A stretch of 64,000 nt of DNA from Phoronis australis (taxonomy: Eukaryota; Animalia; Phoronida): assembly GCA_002633005.1 (NCBI GenBank), contig NMRA01000055.1:986282-1050281 (forward strand), written 5' to 3'. Below the pieces are notes generated by a model. The model was given only the letters and a program-made list of their open reading frames with translations. It ran no database searches and was not told the DNA's origin. Every line of letters begins with the position of its first letter. Within the stretch, counting starts at the first letter, position 1. Positions 1 to 13,600 of the stretch are shown one piece after another. The position numbers and the translations under genes are program-made.

Positions 1-1648
1 CGGACGATCGCTGCACAAATGAAAAACATTTTTATTTGTGCGGCGATTGTCGGGTTTTTGATCTTATTGTGGCCAAAAACTGATTTAAATAGTTTATTTG
101 TCAGCGAAAGGGAGGTTTTCCAGTTAAATACGCCATATTGTCTTTCTTTCTTGTCAACTTGGAAAATTATCCCTTTTCTCTAATTAATCTAGTCAATTTT
201 CTGGTGTATGCATTCATTTCCCATTTTCCTTGTTTGTAAATTAATATAAAATCAATCAGTAAATAGCCTCCTGGGTGCTACTGATGGTTGCCTTTGCGTA
301 CAAGTTAATAATTCTATAAACTTCTGTATTATTGCATAGTGATGTAAGCGTGGTTGAGTTTTATTTGAACGTTCACGTTTTAATGTTAATGAGTATGTTG
401 AGGTTGCCAACACTCAGGATACTAGTACGGAGTTATTGCAGCAGTGCCTCAGGCCAAGAGTGAGCTTGGCAAGATTTTATCTTAAATGTGTCCAGAATTA
501 AGGTAAACGAATACTTTCAGCAGAAATATTGAATTCAAACTGGTGGTCAGATACTAGAACTGGGCCATTTTTAAAATTTTCGATTTTAAAGAAACGGTGA
601 TGTAGTATTTAAACAATAGAATTGGAGTAGGACAAGTTGGAGGGTCTTGTTAAACAGTACATTGTGGACTGACTATTGTGGACGTTGTACAGTGCTTTTG
701 CAGTTGAAGTTTTGTCTTCTGTGTGTAGTTATAGGAAGAAAAAAGACCCACTGGTAAAAGTGAGCAAAACATGGTGAAACTAAATTTAACCTCCTTCAAG
801 TTAAAACCTCAGTGGTTGCCATGGTTGAAATGCATGTTTTTGTTATTATTTGGGTTTTAACTCAGTGACTGTGTTCCCCTTTTTATTAGTTTTTTCATTC
901 GTGGATTTTCTAACCGGGCTATGACTAGAGCGCAGTCACAAAATGATATTGTGCGATAGTCATGGTCAGTTACTGTTGACTTCTCTATCGATATAATAGA
1001 GCTACTTTGGCTTGTTATCAGATACGTTGGACTTTAAAACACTCACTGAACTGTGAACTATAATCAATGATCCAGGTAGTTAGGACCTCCAGAGCAAATA
1101 TTCAGCAATTACTCTGAAGGCCGAGGTTGAAAACTGACAGTTATAAGTGCACACTTGATAATAAAGCCCACTGTTTTTCATGTTACAAGTTTTATTATCC
1201 TTCAAAAAGCTGTTTGGAATGATCAAGTGAGGTTTTAGCTTTTCACTTAACAACTTAAAATCAATATACCTGAGAATGTGTGCTTGCAACCACTGCTTTG
1301 GAAGCATGTTATAGTTTTCTGGATAAAATTGTGAGTTTTGGAAACTTTTCCAAAACGAATTCTCAAATATGAAGAATGTTTATCTGAAAAGTTGCCAAGA
1401 TATAAAAAAATAATTGAGAAAGTTACATTTTTAAAATTGACTCTTAAAAGTGTCTTAAGTCAATAACTCTGTGGCTAATTTATTTTGTTGATGAATCCAG
1501 AGCATATATTGGCAATTGGAACTGTCAGTTGGATAATCTATGTGTAATTTGTTTTATTCAAACTAAAGAGTGCTTTTTCAAGGGTGTTCTATTCTTTTTG
1601 TTCAGGACTCAACTTGTGTAAAATAACATAACTAGAAATATCTTTCAG

Positions 1649-4600
1649 TTTGAAAAACCCGGACGCCGGGAAAACTTTGACTATCCTGACATGGCAAAAG
1701 AAGCAGGTAAGTCATTTGTGAAACATGAACTAATGATAAACCATAGCTTTGATTTTCTCTTGGTCAACCCTGGGTATGAGAGGTTTTTCTCCACATAATG
1801 GATAGGTGGTGGTGCCAGCAAAATACCTGTATAACCAGGCAAAATGTGTTCCCAAAAGAACACCAGTAGGTGACTTTCAGGAAGCAATGGGTGCTGATCA
1901 CAACATCAGATGGCCAGTGATCTATCACCACTCGGCGGTGCCAAGAGGTACTTCTTTGCATAAAACATAGTTTGACTTCATGAAAAGACCCTGTACTCTG
2001 TATGCGATCAGACATAATGTGACCTAGAGGCCACTAGTACCTGATCCCATGTGATTAGCTGCAATGTTGCTACTTGAAAGTCTCCCATTGACGGAAAATA
2101 CTTCTGAAGACAGTACCCCTTGACTAGGCTCCCTGTGGCCTGACAATCAAGTCTGGTGTTGGCAAATCCAGAAAACCACATGCTAGTCTCTTAGCTTAGT
2201 CTTTACACAATTTGTATCGGGTGTTTGCCATCTTGTATGAAATGGTAGTTTAGATAATACCATTCCAGAGCTGTTGAGATATGGTGATTCACTTTCACCA
2301 GTTTTGAATTGAAAAAGTACTAGGTAATAGTCACTTACATTGGTCCCGAATCTTGAGAACCATTTTTGTCCATTGAATAACGGGCATCAAACTGGTTCCT
2401 TTAATCCAGGACCCCATGTTGGTGGCTATTGCATAAAAATTGTATTACATCCATTAGCGACTTAACAAGTTCGTGTCTTGTTTAAGAATATCTTTTGTTT
2501 CTCGTATTAGATTAAATAGGATGACTTTGATAAATAGTTTTGCCAGGTGAGGTGAAGGGAATCTAAGTTCACTATAACATTTTGAAAAATGACTCTCGTT
2601 TACTTCATTTTAGTTTTTTTTTGGTGTTTTAGTTACTAAGACTCTCAAAGATGCTGGTATTCGCTACGAAGACGTCCAACAAGCGTGTGTTGGTTATGTT
2701 TATGGTAAGTCTGTGATGAATGGACATCACTGCTGCAGTGCAGTTTATGTGGCAACATACGTTCATGTGTTGTCAGTTAAGTTCAGATCACTCTTTCTCA
2801 TCTTCACGTTCTTGGAAAATTGTTATCAGATGCTATAAATACATCTTTAATAATTTGATGCAAATATTGCTTATTCACTGATGTAAAATTACAACCTAAT
2901 AATTTCAGTTGTAACAAGCTGGACATTTTAATTTAATATTTTGTTAGAGAATTATTATTTGGAACTATATAATAAGCAAATAATAGTTTGTATTTTTCGT
3001 GTTGTCAATGAGATAAATGTCCCCTCGCTTAATTTCAGGTGACACCACTTGTGGACAAAGAGCAGTTTATGAGCTTGGCATGACAGGCATTCCTATTTTC
3101 AACGTGAGTTTTTATTTATCGTGACTAATTGTCATGACTTTTGTTCTTCACTGTTGACTGAAGCAGCAGTGCGTGTAACTCACATCTGATACAGTATCGT
3201 TTTACTGGATACAGGGAATAACAATACCGGCATTGGATTTTTTATGCGCCCACATATTTATATGTGGACGCATTATGCCGTCATCTCTGTCCGTCCGTCC
3301 GTCCGTCCGTCCGTCCGGGCGGCGTCCATCCGGCGTCCGGCGTCCGCTGCTCTATCTCCAAAACCCTTTGACATACGTTCATGAAATGTGGCACATATGT
3401 TCCATTCATGAATGGGACGGCATGTGCGAACTTTCGGACGGATCCGACTACCGGTGTGCCCCCTAGTGGCAATTTTAGTTTTTTACGCTTACCTTTGTAT
3501 CTTCAAAAGTATTGAACGGATTTTCATGAAATTTGGTATGTAGGCACCTATTAGTGAGATGACGCTATCCTACTGTTTTCAGATGGATTCGACGTAGTTT
3601 GCGCCACCTAGTGGCCATTTTTACTGTTTTCGAGTCTGTATTTTTGCGTCCACCCCTCTATCAACCAAACCGCTCAAAGGATGATTGTGAAAATTGGCGT
3701 GTATGTGCTTACTATAAGGAAGACAGCTGACAATGATTTTCAGACGATTTGGACTACTGTGGCGCCTCCTAGTGGCAGTTTTGTTTTTTTGCGCCCATGG
3801 CTGTATCTCCCAAACCGTTTGCAGGATCTTTACTAAATTTAGCAAGTGTATTTATGTGATGTTGACAACGGACGATGACGACTTTAGGATGATTCTGATT
3901 ACCGGTATGCCTCTAGTGGCAATTTTAGTATTTGCCTCTAGTGGCAATTTTAGTATTTTACATTGACCTCTGTATTTTCATAGGTCTTCAGGTGTATACT
4001 TTGTGTTACTTCGTGACTGTGAAGGAAAAGTTCCAAGTAGAAATTTGTTTCTGGCATTCTAATGCTGTGCTAATCTCGTATGTTGGTAAATTTGTTTTTA
4101 ATTCTATGTTTCTGTGGTGCTTTAAGCAACTGGTGTATAGGATGTGCTTGTATTATGAAGATTACTCACATTTTGCCCCTAGCCTATTGAGGAGACAATG
4201 ACCATGCCTTTCCATTTTGCAAAGTATGCCCTCTACTGGCCACTTTATGGTACCAATAAACAACCCTAGAAGGATACCGTATGCGGTGCAATTGTGGGCG
4301 CATTTCAACGCTCCGCGTTGCTCTTGTTTGATATTTTGTGCATGCGAATATTTTATTAATCCGTTTCACGTGGTGATTTTAATGCCGCCTGAGCTGGGAC
4401 GTAATGGAGGTTGAATGTCCCGGTTGCGTAAGTCCTCTTTTAAATGCCCCAGTTGTTAAAGGAGGTTCAACCTGCCTTCTGTTAGAAAAAGCAAATTTTT
4501 GACTAGACCAGCCACCGTTATGAAATTGATCTCAAGTTGTGTCCTAGTCAAAACAGGTGTCATTTCTTGGCTTGGAAAGAGTTGACATTTGATTATTGGT

Positions 4601-7600
4601 TGAGACCAGACACTACAAGTTGACTTGTCACGCCGTGTCATTTAATTCATCGAGCTAGGTCTTGAAGAGTAACGATCTCTCAGTTCTAACAAATTAAATA
4701 CCACTTCTCATTTGGGTAAGAAACATGTTGAGACCAATTTTATGGTAGTAAGTGGTCTGAATCCAAATTTAGTTTCTTCAACGAAACATAATATTTCCCC
4801 TTTAATTAGTACTCGTCAAAATAAATTCCAACTGCTTATAGATGTCCCGAATTCCTGTTGGAGGAAACACGTTATTTGTAGTTATGCTGCATTCCGTTGC
4901 AGTAAATGACTAGATTGTACAAGTTCTGGCTAATCAGTAGTTTTCAAAATATACTAAACACACACAGTATTCTTCCAGACTCCAGTAGTTTTCAAAGTAT
5001 ACTAAACGCACTCACACAGTACTTTGCCAGACTCTGCCAGACTCTGCCAGACTTGGAGAAAGTTCATGTAAGAGTTATTCTGCTGGTTGGTCACAATAAA
5101 ACTTAAGTGACAGTTTAATGTGATTTTGTGCCTAGCTGCTAATTGTTTGTTTACAACTAGATTTGTTAGGTAAACTGTGGCGTGGTTTTGTCAAGATTTA
5201 TTCAACGAAAAGGAAGTGGAAATTTAGTTACGTTTTCTTTTGCATTGAAACTTGCCGTTTCTCTGTTCATTTCCCATTGTGCTCCATTGTGAAGGAAGGA
5301 TACTTGATTTTTAAGAATGAATTCGACTTTCATCCAACTGTCATGATGAGGCATTCTGGGTCATTTGATCTGAATACTTTTAATTTATACTCTGTTCATA
5401 GATAACTTGTATCTTTCAGGTAAACAACGCATGCGCTACTGGTTCAACAGCTCTGTTCATGGCCAAGCAGTTTGTACAAGGTGGCATGGCGGACTGTGTG
5501 CTGGCACTCGGCTTTGAAAAAATGCAGAGGGGATCCTTGGCTGCTACGGTATGTATTGGGATCCCAGCGTGATCTTGAATCACTGTGTTCATTGTTGGTG
5601 CCATTTGTTGCATTGGGTGCCAAATTATCTGACAAAATTCAAATTCATCGTTTTTATGGGCAACAACACATCAGGATTGGCAATGGTGATTCTGTCTTGC
5701 TGTCGGCCGTCGCGATGGGGGAAATTACGCTAGTGCTCAGTGGTTGTGATCAGCAATTCCGGGTCATTTTTATGGTTTTTGTGTTAAATTACCTTGAAAT
5801 CATAGTTGTGAATATGACGAGGGATGGGTAGCCCCTACCACATATCCTCACAAATTGAGTAGCAATGAAAGAAAAATATGAAATACCAAACAAATTTTTT
5901 TAGCGAAGCTCAAAGAATTTTGGCATGATATCAAATGAATTACGATATTTGTAAAAAGTGGATAGAGGAAAAGGGAGGGGGAAAACTGTCAGACACAAGT
6001 TTTCATTCAAACTCACTCAGATTGTATTGCTAATTTTGTATATTGACAAAACATATTAAATCGTAATTTCAGTTATTCTAGAAGTTAATCTATGAGTACA
6101 TGTATCAGAAAAAGTGTTACAAATATCTTGACACCTAATTGGAAAAGATCTACCTTTTTGTGATTTTTTATGCTTACTGAATTTTAATCGCATCCCATGT
6201 CGAGTTCAACGGCCTTCACTCTAGGAGTCGGGCCTGCCCGTAATAACTGTCCCTCAAGAGACATTCTTACCAATTCATACACTTGGCGTCCTGGTTCTCA
6301 TTTCATGACGGATCGTATGTCCAGTCTGGGCTAAGGCGGTTGAAAAGTTACCAACAGTTCATTAATGTGGCTCGTGGAAATGGGCATTAAGTCTGAATAT
6401 TAAAAAAAACAACTTCCTGTCAGTTGCAACATGCTTGCTTATCTGAAAAAACGTCGCGTTTGTAGTGACGTCCCTATGACCGTCTTAATTATGTCTCCAC
6501 TAATGACCTCTGATATAATGGACCCTTAATATCTCTTTTGCAGTTTGATGACCGAACAAATCCTATGGAGAAACACGTGGAGCTGATGATCAACACCCAC
6601 GGGTTTGAGTCGTCTCCCATGACTCCACAGATGTTTGGCAATGCTGGAAGGGAACATATGAAGCTGTATGGTAGGCACTGGAGTCTTTATGTTAGGTGCT
6701 TGTGATCGCTGTGGGTAGTAACTTACTCAGTCAACCATGTGTCATGGGCATGGAACACCACCTATTTTGGAAGTAGTGAAAAAATTTCATTCAAGGAGCT
6801 ACTCGTTCCGTTTTATTTCTTCTTGTTTAACCTGTCTTTGTTTTGATTTTTCTTTGCTTTAAAGAAAAAACTGTGATCCAAAAGCATACTTTTATCCCTC
6901 CACTACCGAATGATATAGACTAAATAGGCTTTACGGTGATGTTATCGTTTCTATAAAATCGTACATCTCTAGGTTGTTTTCTGTTAATGTCGTTCCTGAC
7001 AATTAACGTGAAGATCAAACTTTTTCGTAGTTTTATGGGGACTATGGTTGCATAACTATTTTTCTTCGCAGAATGCGAGTTCTGCACACTCTGACTTGAG
7101 TTTGTTGGGAGAGGCAGTGCTCAGTGTTTTCAAATGTATTTTCGTTTTCTCTAGGTACCAAACCAGAACACTTTGCCAAAATAGCCTGGAAGAACCACCA
7201 TCATTCAACCAACAACCCGTGAGTAATGCACTAGAAATAAATTTGAATACACAACCGTAGGTTTTTATTTTCTGCCAGTGGGTTTGCATTGCAATTTGTT
7301 ATTTCTATTTTGTCAAGTTCATGTTTCATATTCCTATTGAGATAAATCTTTCTGGTTTCTATTCACTGGTAGCAGAGTTTCTTATAGTTGCGGAAACGGT
7401 TATTCACTTGTCTTGGGGCACAATCATGAACAAATTTCACCTCCTTGAAGACTTTTCGATGATGATGCAGCTAAATTCTGGACCATGTTGTCGGAGCTAT
7501 TACCACCTTGGTTGACACTTGTGTATGCTGATGCCCACTGAAGTCTTTTCTCTGGGTAGTCAGAGTTTAATTAAAAAGAATTGCTCAATTGTTTTACGTT

Positions 7601-10600
7601 TCCAAAGTACATAATATAAGATTTCCTAGTCTGTATTTTGTTCATTTCAAGGCTCTCGTAATGCGTGGATCCCTGTGTTACTTTCAGCTATGCTCAATTC
7701 CAAACAGACTATTCCCTGGAACAGATCCAGTCCGCACCAATGATTCACGAGCCACTGACCAAGTTACAATGCAGGTGAGTGGGCAGTCTACACCTCCTGT
7801 CACTTGATATATGCTGTTATTGGTAGCAACGATGATGACTGTGGTTTAAACCCACACAAGGCCATTCATATTGCTTGCTATAAATTGTTACGTTGTAGAG
7901 CGCTTAGCTAGATATTAAGCACTTTGGAGGCACAGGGATTATATTTGTCATTATGAATCCTTGGGCTATAGTCTTTTGCAGGCGTCGTGGATTTTGAGAA
8001 CCAGTTTGATACCCGTTATTCAATGGATAAAACTGGTTCTCAAAATATTATACCCTGTTAGTGACTACTGTCAATCCTTGTTACTGTTTACTTAATGGAT
8101 TACCTTATTTTGTTCCCATTCTTTCTATATTCTTTGTTAATGGTAATATTTTTTTGGATAAGTTGCAGTTTTGCAGAGCCTTGATATTTGGCATTGGCAG
8201 GTGTTAAGTCAAAGCATGCCTTTGGTTTGTTGAGAGAGACTTGTGCTTGCCAGTTGCCCTAATATGTACCCTAATTGGCGAAATCAAGGTTTTTCAGGAA
8301 GCAGTGGACTATAGATCAGCATTCTATCCAAGTGTGTGAACAAGCTGTGTCTCAAAAAATTGTGATTTGTCATGTTTCTGGTTTTGTCCAACTTTCTCTT
8401 AATCTGTTTCCCTAGTCTGACAACAGGTGGCTCTTGTGTTTGAATTGTCGTAAAAATAACTACTCCTGAGTGAAGACTAGTATCGATTTCTCCTCTGCTT
8501 CCCCAGTCCCACATCAGATGGCTCTGCAGCGGCCATCGTCGTCAGCGAGGACTTCGTAAAGAGGCACGGTCTCCAACGACAAGCCATAGAGATTGTCGCC
8601 ATGGAGATGTGCACGGACACCTCTAGTACATTCGACGAAAGTAGCTGCATTAAGATGGTACGTTACTGAAAATAATGCTTATTTTTCAATTGTGTTTTCA
8701 GTGTGGTAACCACATTTGAATGGTTCGTGTTTTAGTCCAGCTTGGACTGTAATTGGACAACTGATGATGATTGTATGTAACAATGAAATGTTTTGTTAAA
8801 ATTGATTCTATTGTTGGATGGCGCAAAGTGAAGAACACTTAAAGTTGACGGAGTCAGTCACTGGTGTCTGGCTTTATAAATTTTGGTTCCGAAATGAAGA
8901 AATTTTATTTGTCCTTTGGACCTGTTGTGAGTGAAAATACCTTGATAAATTATGGTATGGTAAAATGATACTTATTCTTTTTTAATAGTAAAAAGCTGGA
9001 GTTGTTTGCATGTTTGTTGTCGTAAAAGTCAAGTTAATTACATTGATTTTTTGTTTTCATTTACTATTTAGATATTGTTTCACTATGACATTAAAAAATC
9101 AAAATGAAAGTTGTTTACATATTGTCTCCAGGTGGGGTACGACATGACAAAGAATGCCGCTGAGAAAGTGTTCGCAGCTGCCGGCCTGACGCCTGGTGAC
9201 GTCAACGTTATTGAACTGCACGACTGTTTCTCGACCAATGAGCTGCTTACGTATGAAGCCCTGGGGCTCTGCGCTCCTGGTGAGTACTTGCAAACAGTGG
9301 ATGTCAGACCTCCAAATTCAGCATCTGACATTTGTAAACACAAAGAACACAAAGCCTGGAAAACGGATGCTGCATTTAGACCTCCAAATGTCAACGAACT
9401 GGTGTCTCATGCAGTGGCTAATTGTATCCAGCATTTTTTGTGTGGCAGATTTTTCATTATTTGTCATTTTTTGCTTACGTCCTAAATTGATCAACAATGG
9501 TTATTGCAGATATTTGCTCTTGCCCCGCCTTCTTGATTTGTTTTCAACCTTAGTTACAGCACACATCACGAATTTTTGGCCGACCGGTCGGAAATTGGTC
9601 GACGACCGGCCGTCGACCGGTCGGCAAATTAGCCGACCGGTCGGCTAAAAATTAGCCGACCGGCAGCCGCCCGCAGTGCCGACTCATAAGGCGACCCCAC
9701 AGCCGACCCTTCAGCCGACCCTTTAGCCGACCNNNNNNNNNNNNNNNNNNNNNNNNNNNNNNNNNNNNNNNNNNNNNNNNNNNNNNNNNNNNNNNNNNNN
9801 NNNNNNNNNNNNNNNNNNNNNNNNNNNNNNNNNNNNNNNNNNNNNNNNNNNNNNNNNNNNNNNNNNNNNNNNNNNNNNNNNNNNNNNNNNNNNNNNNNNN
9901 NNNNNNNNNNNNNNNNNNNNNNNNNNNNNNNNNNNNNNNNNNNNNNNNNNNNNNNNNNNNNNNNNNNNNNNNNNNNNNNNNNNNNNNNNNNNNNNNNNNN
10001 NNNNNNNNNNNNNNNNNNNNNNNNNNNNNNNNNNNNNNNNNNNNNNNNNNNNNNNNNNNNNNNNNNNNNNNNNNNNNNNNNNNNNNNNNNNNNNNNNNNN
10101 NNNNNNNNNNNNNNNNNNNNNNNNNNNNNNNNNNNNNNNNNNNNNNNNNNNNNNNNNNNNNNNNNNNNNNNNNNNNNNNNNNNNNNNNNNNNNNNNNNNN
10201 NNNNNNNNNNNNNNNNNNNNNNNNNNNNNNNNNNNNNNNNNNNNNNNNNNNNNNNNNNNNNNNNNNNNNNNNNNNNNNNNNNNNNNNNNNNNNNNNNNNN
10301 NNNNNNNNNNNNNNNNNNNNNNNNNNNNNNNNNNNNNNNNNNNNNNNNNNNNNNNNNNNNNNNNNNNNNNNNNNNNNNNNNNNNNNNNNNNNNNNNNNNN
10401 NNNNNNNNNNNNNNNNNNNNNNNNNNNNNNNNNNNNNNNNNNNNNNNNNNNNNNNNNNNNNNNNNNNNNNNNNNNNNNNNNNNNNNNNNNNNNNNNNNNN
10501 NNNNNNNNNNNNNNNNNNNNNNNNNNNNNNNNNNNNNNNNNNNNNNNNNNNNNNNNNNNNNNNNNNNNNNNNNNNNNNNNNNNNNNNNNNNNNNNNNNNN

Positions 10601-13600
10601 NNNNNNNNNTAATTGCCGACCAAGGACACGCTTAATCCGAATTGGTCGTCTACGCTAGGCGACCAATTAGCCGACCCAAGTGCCGACCACAGAGGCGACT
10701 AAGCAGACGGCTCCTAGCCGACCGTTGTTGGTCGGCTGGTGGTCGGCTAGACGACCGGTCGACGGCCGGTCGTCGACCAATTTCCGACCGGTCGGCCAAA
10801 AATTCGTGATGTGTGCTGTATGTAATGCATCTCCTGTAAAATGTATATAGATGCAAACTAGGGTAAATTATTGAGTATGACAAGTACTTTCAATATTAGT
10901 TTTCCTGTTAATGTTGGATTCTTCCCTTGTTTACTTTGCCTTGACTGTATGTGAAGACTTAACATTCTTGGTACAATCTGAGGTCGTGACCCATTGACCT
11001 ACTTACACAGTCTGTTCTGTTATCAGTGGTGGCATTGAATGGACTTTGCTTTTCATATCTTAGTACTATGACCAGCATGTGTGTGTGTGTGTGTGTGTAG
11101 CACTGTAGAGTCTCCTGGGTATAACCTGCTTGGGACATCTCTGTTCTTATTAAGCTGCAAATCTGGCTTAAGGTATGTAGGTATTGGAAATTTAAACTGC
11201 TCGTTATTTCTAGGCAAGGGTGGAGAGTTGGTGGACAGGGGAGACAACACCTATGGTGGTAAATATGTGATCAACCCGAGTGGTGGGCTTATCAGTAAGG
11301 GGCATCCCCTGGGGGCAACAGGTGAGAAGGGGCGATAGAATCCCCCTTGGTAGTCGACATGTCAATTTGCAGAATAGTAAAATGCTTCGTGTTGACAGTA
11401 GAACATCATGAGTAATAGGTTAACATGTGTGATGAACTGTGAAATTTCAATTCTTTGAAAAACGCATCATTTTGATGAAATCTGAGTAATATGTTGTTAT
11501 TAAACATGTATTGAGTAGTCATAATGCTGTTCTTGTGTGAGCTGATCTGAAGAATTTGAAGCTACATGTAATAACAATTTGTTATTTTTGTACTCAAAGT
11601 CTTCAATACTCTTACATTATGTAAACAAAGATGACGAGATGTCGAGGAATGTGGATTACATTAATTTTGAAACTTTGTTTGCCAAATTGTATTAAACAGT
11701 TTTGCAAGGAGTTGAACATCTGAATTTTCATTGGCACATTAATTCTTGTTTGTATGCAGCTTTTGTATTGTATGCACTTCTAGTATTGTTTGTGTTCATT
11801 ATAAGAAAATTTTAGAGTGCCTTTTAGAGTGTCACATCGTACATTGCATTAGATTTTACATGAGATTATGGTGTTATTCACAACTACAGAAAATTCAAAT
11901 TCACTAGGAATCACTTATTAGTCACGTACACATTAGAAAGTCTATGTCTTCATAATTAATGTTTTTGTTAATGAAATCTAGGAATGAATACATTGAATTC
12001 TAAAGCATCAATAAATATCCACGTATACTCAGCAAGTGACTAATCTCTTGCTGCGGTAAAAAACTTGGTTTTCAAATTTTACACGACCGAGCCAAACATT
12101 TTTTGTTGCAAAACCCAAGCTTGATGCTGCGTAAAGCTCAAAACAGGTAACACAGACTGCATAATATTGCTGAGGAGAGACAGCAATTAAAACGTTCATC
12201 CACTGGTAAACCTGTACTCAATAATATTCTGAATACGGTTATCAGAGAATGGTTTTACTATGAACCAATTTTTTCCTGATGTCAGGCATCCCAAAATTTT
12301 ACTTTCCCCTGCCATAGAAGCTTGGGAAAAATCCACAATTGACTGATTGGCTAAAAAGTGTTGTTGCTTCTAACCCGTGATTGTTTTGAAAACTGATTTG
12401 GTACTTTTTAGTTGCATTTTTATGACTTTTGAAAAAGAAGTTTGGAAACTTTGCTAGAAATGATGTGGGCAGGTGCAGTAAAGCAAACGTTTCAACATGA
12501 ATCGCGGCACAGATCAGAACCAACTATGCTTTTTTTAACCAAATACAGAAGACAAACGTTGTATAATATTTTTGTTGTCGTAATATTCTAGTGTGACTCA
12601 TGTACTGCATTGTCATCCTGTCTCGTGTTTTTAACTGCTGGGTCCTACAGATGTGAACATAGACCGGTAGGACATCTAGACCAGAAGGACACCTATTGGA
12701 AATTGTTGACTGTTTCGTATTATACAAACTGAAACGTGTTAATTTTTAGGTTTGGCTCAGTGTTCAGAGCTCAACTGGCAACTTCGAGGCATGGCTGGTA
12801 GAAGGCAGGTAGATGGCGCTAGGGTCGCCTTGCAACACAATATTGGGTTGGGTGGGGCTGTGGTGGTGACGCTATACAAACATGGCTTCCCGGAATATCT
12901 GAGGTAATGCTTGGAGCTAGAATGTTTGTCTTAATTGTTTTTTGAAAGTGTGAGACTTTCGAGCAAAAACTGTGTTCTTTATTTAGTTAATGCTATTTTT
13001 GTTAGTGGGTGAAAATACTTTATTACAAAATTGAATTGAAGTAAACTGAGGTCTTGATTCTTGTTTTTATTTCTAAAATTATTGCAAGGTCATATTTTGT
13101 TTGCTTAGTGTGGACAAACTTCTGGTTTATGGTTGTTCTACTTTATGCACTCTGCTTTGTTTGCAGTAAGGTGGATTTTGCATTAGTCTGATAAAAAATC
13201 TCTCTGACAAGCTGTATTTGGCTTATGTGATTCATTATTTGATAAAACAGTAACAGTAGTTTTCAAAATGAACTGAAATTCAAGTAAGTTCCGCCACACA
13301 AACCACAACTAAATTTCCGTTAGAATCTGTTGCAAGTAAGGCTTAATCTTGACGAAATCTCATTGGGTGTTGCTCCATCCACTTTGAAATCACACAACTT
13401 TGTGCTTTAAAGTCCATGACATGGATAAATAACATCACAAGCTCGATGAAAATGATTGGTATTTTATTGCAAGTTAGACAATTTCGCAGAGCTCTTCTGT
13501 CGAGTTTATTTTACAAACTACTGTACTTCTGGCAATGAGGCTTAATGTTCTGACCAAACAAGAAAGCGCGCGGGGACACTCTACTGAAGTGATAAGTGGC

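Noticed and set aside
1-1648. SCPx first exon (expected V.GVGMTK-like motif) and promoter
   Set aside because: No matching ORF with a donor site was found; it presumably lies upstream of the window.
3450-3960. Spaced repeats resembling a CRISPR array (also the 12-bp units at 9650-9730)
   Set aside because: Eukaryotic intronic context, degenerate repeats, spacers related to each other and no cas genes; these are internal tandem repeats of transposons.
9652-10629. Long ORFs spanning N runs (also 27841-28185, 60617-61002, 62160-62558)
   Set aside because: Artefacts of assembly gaps.
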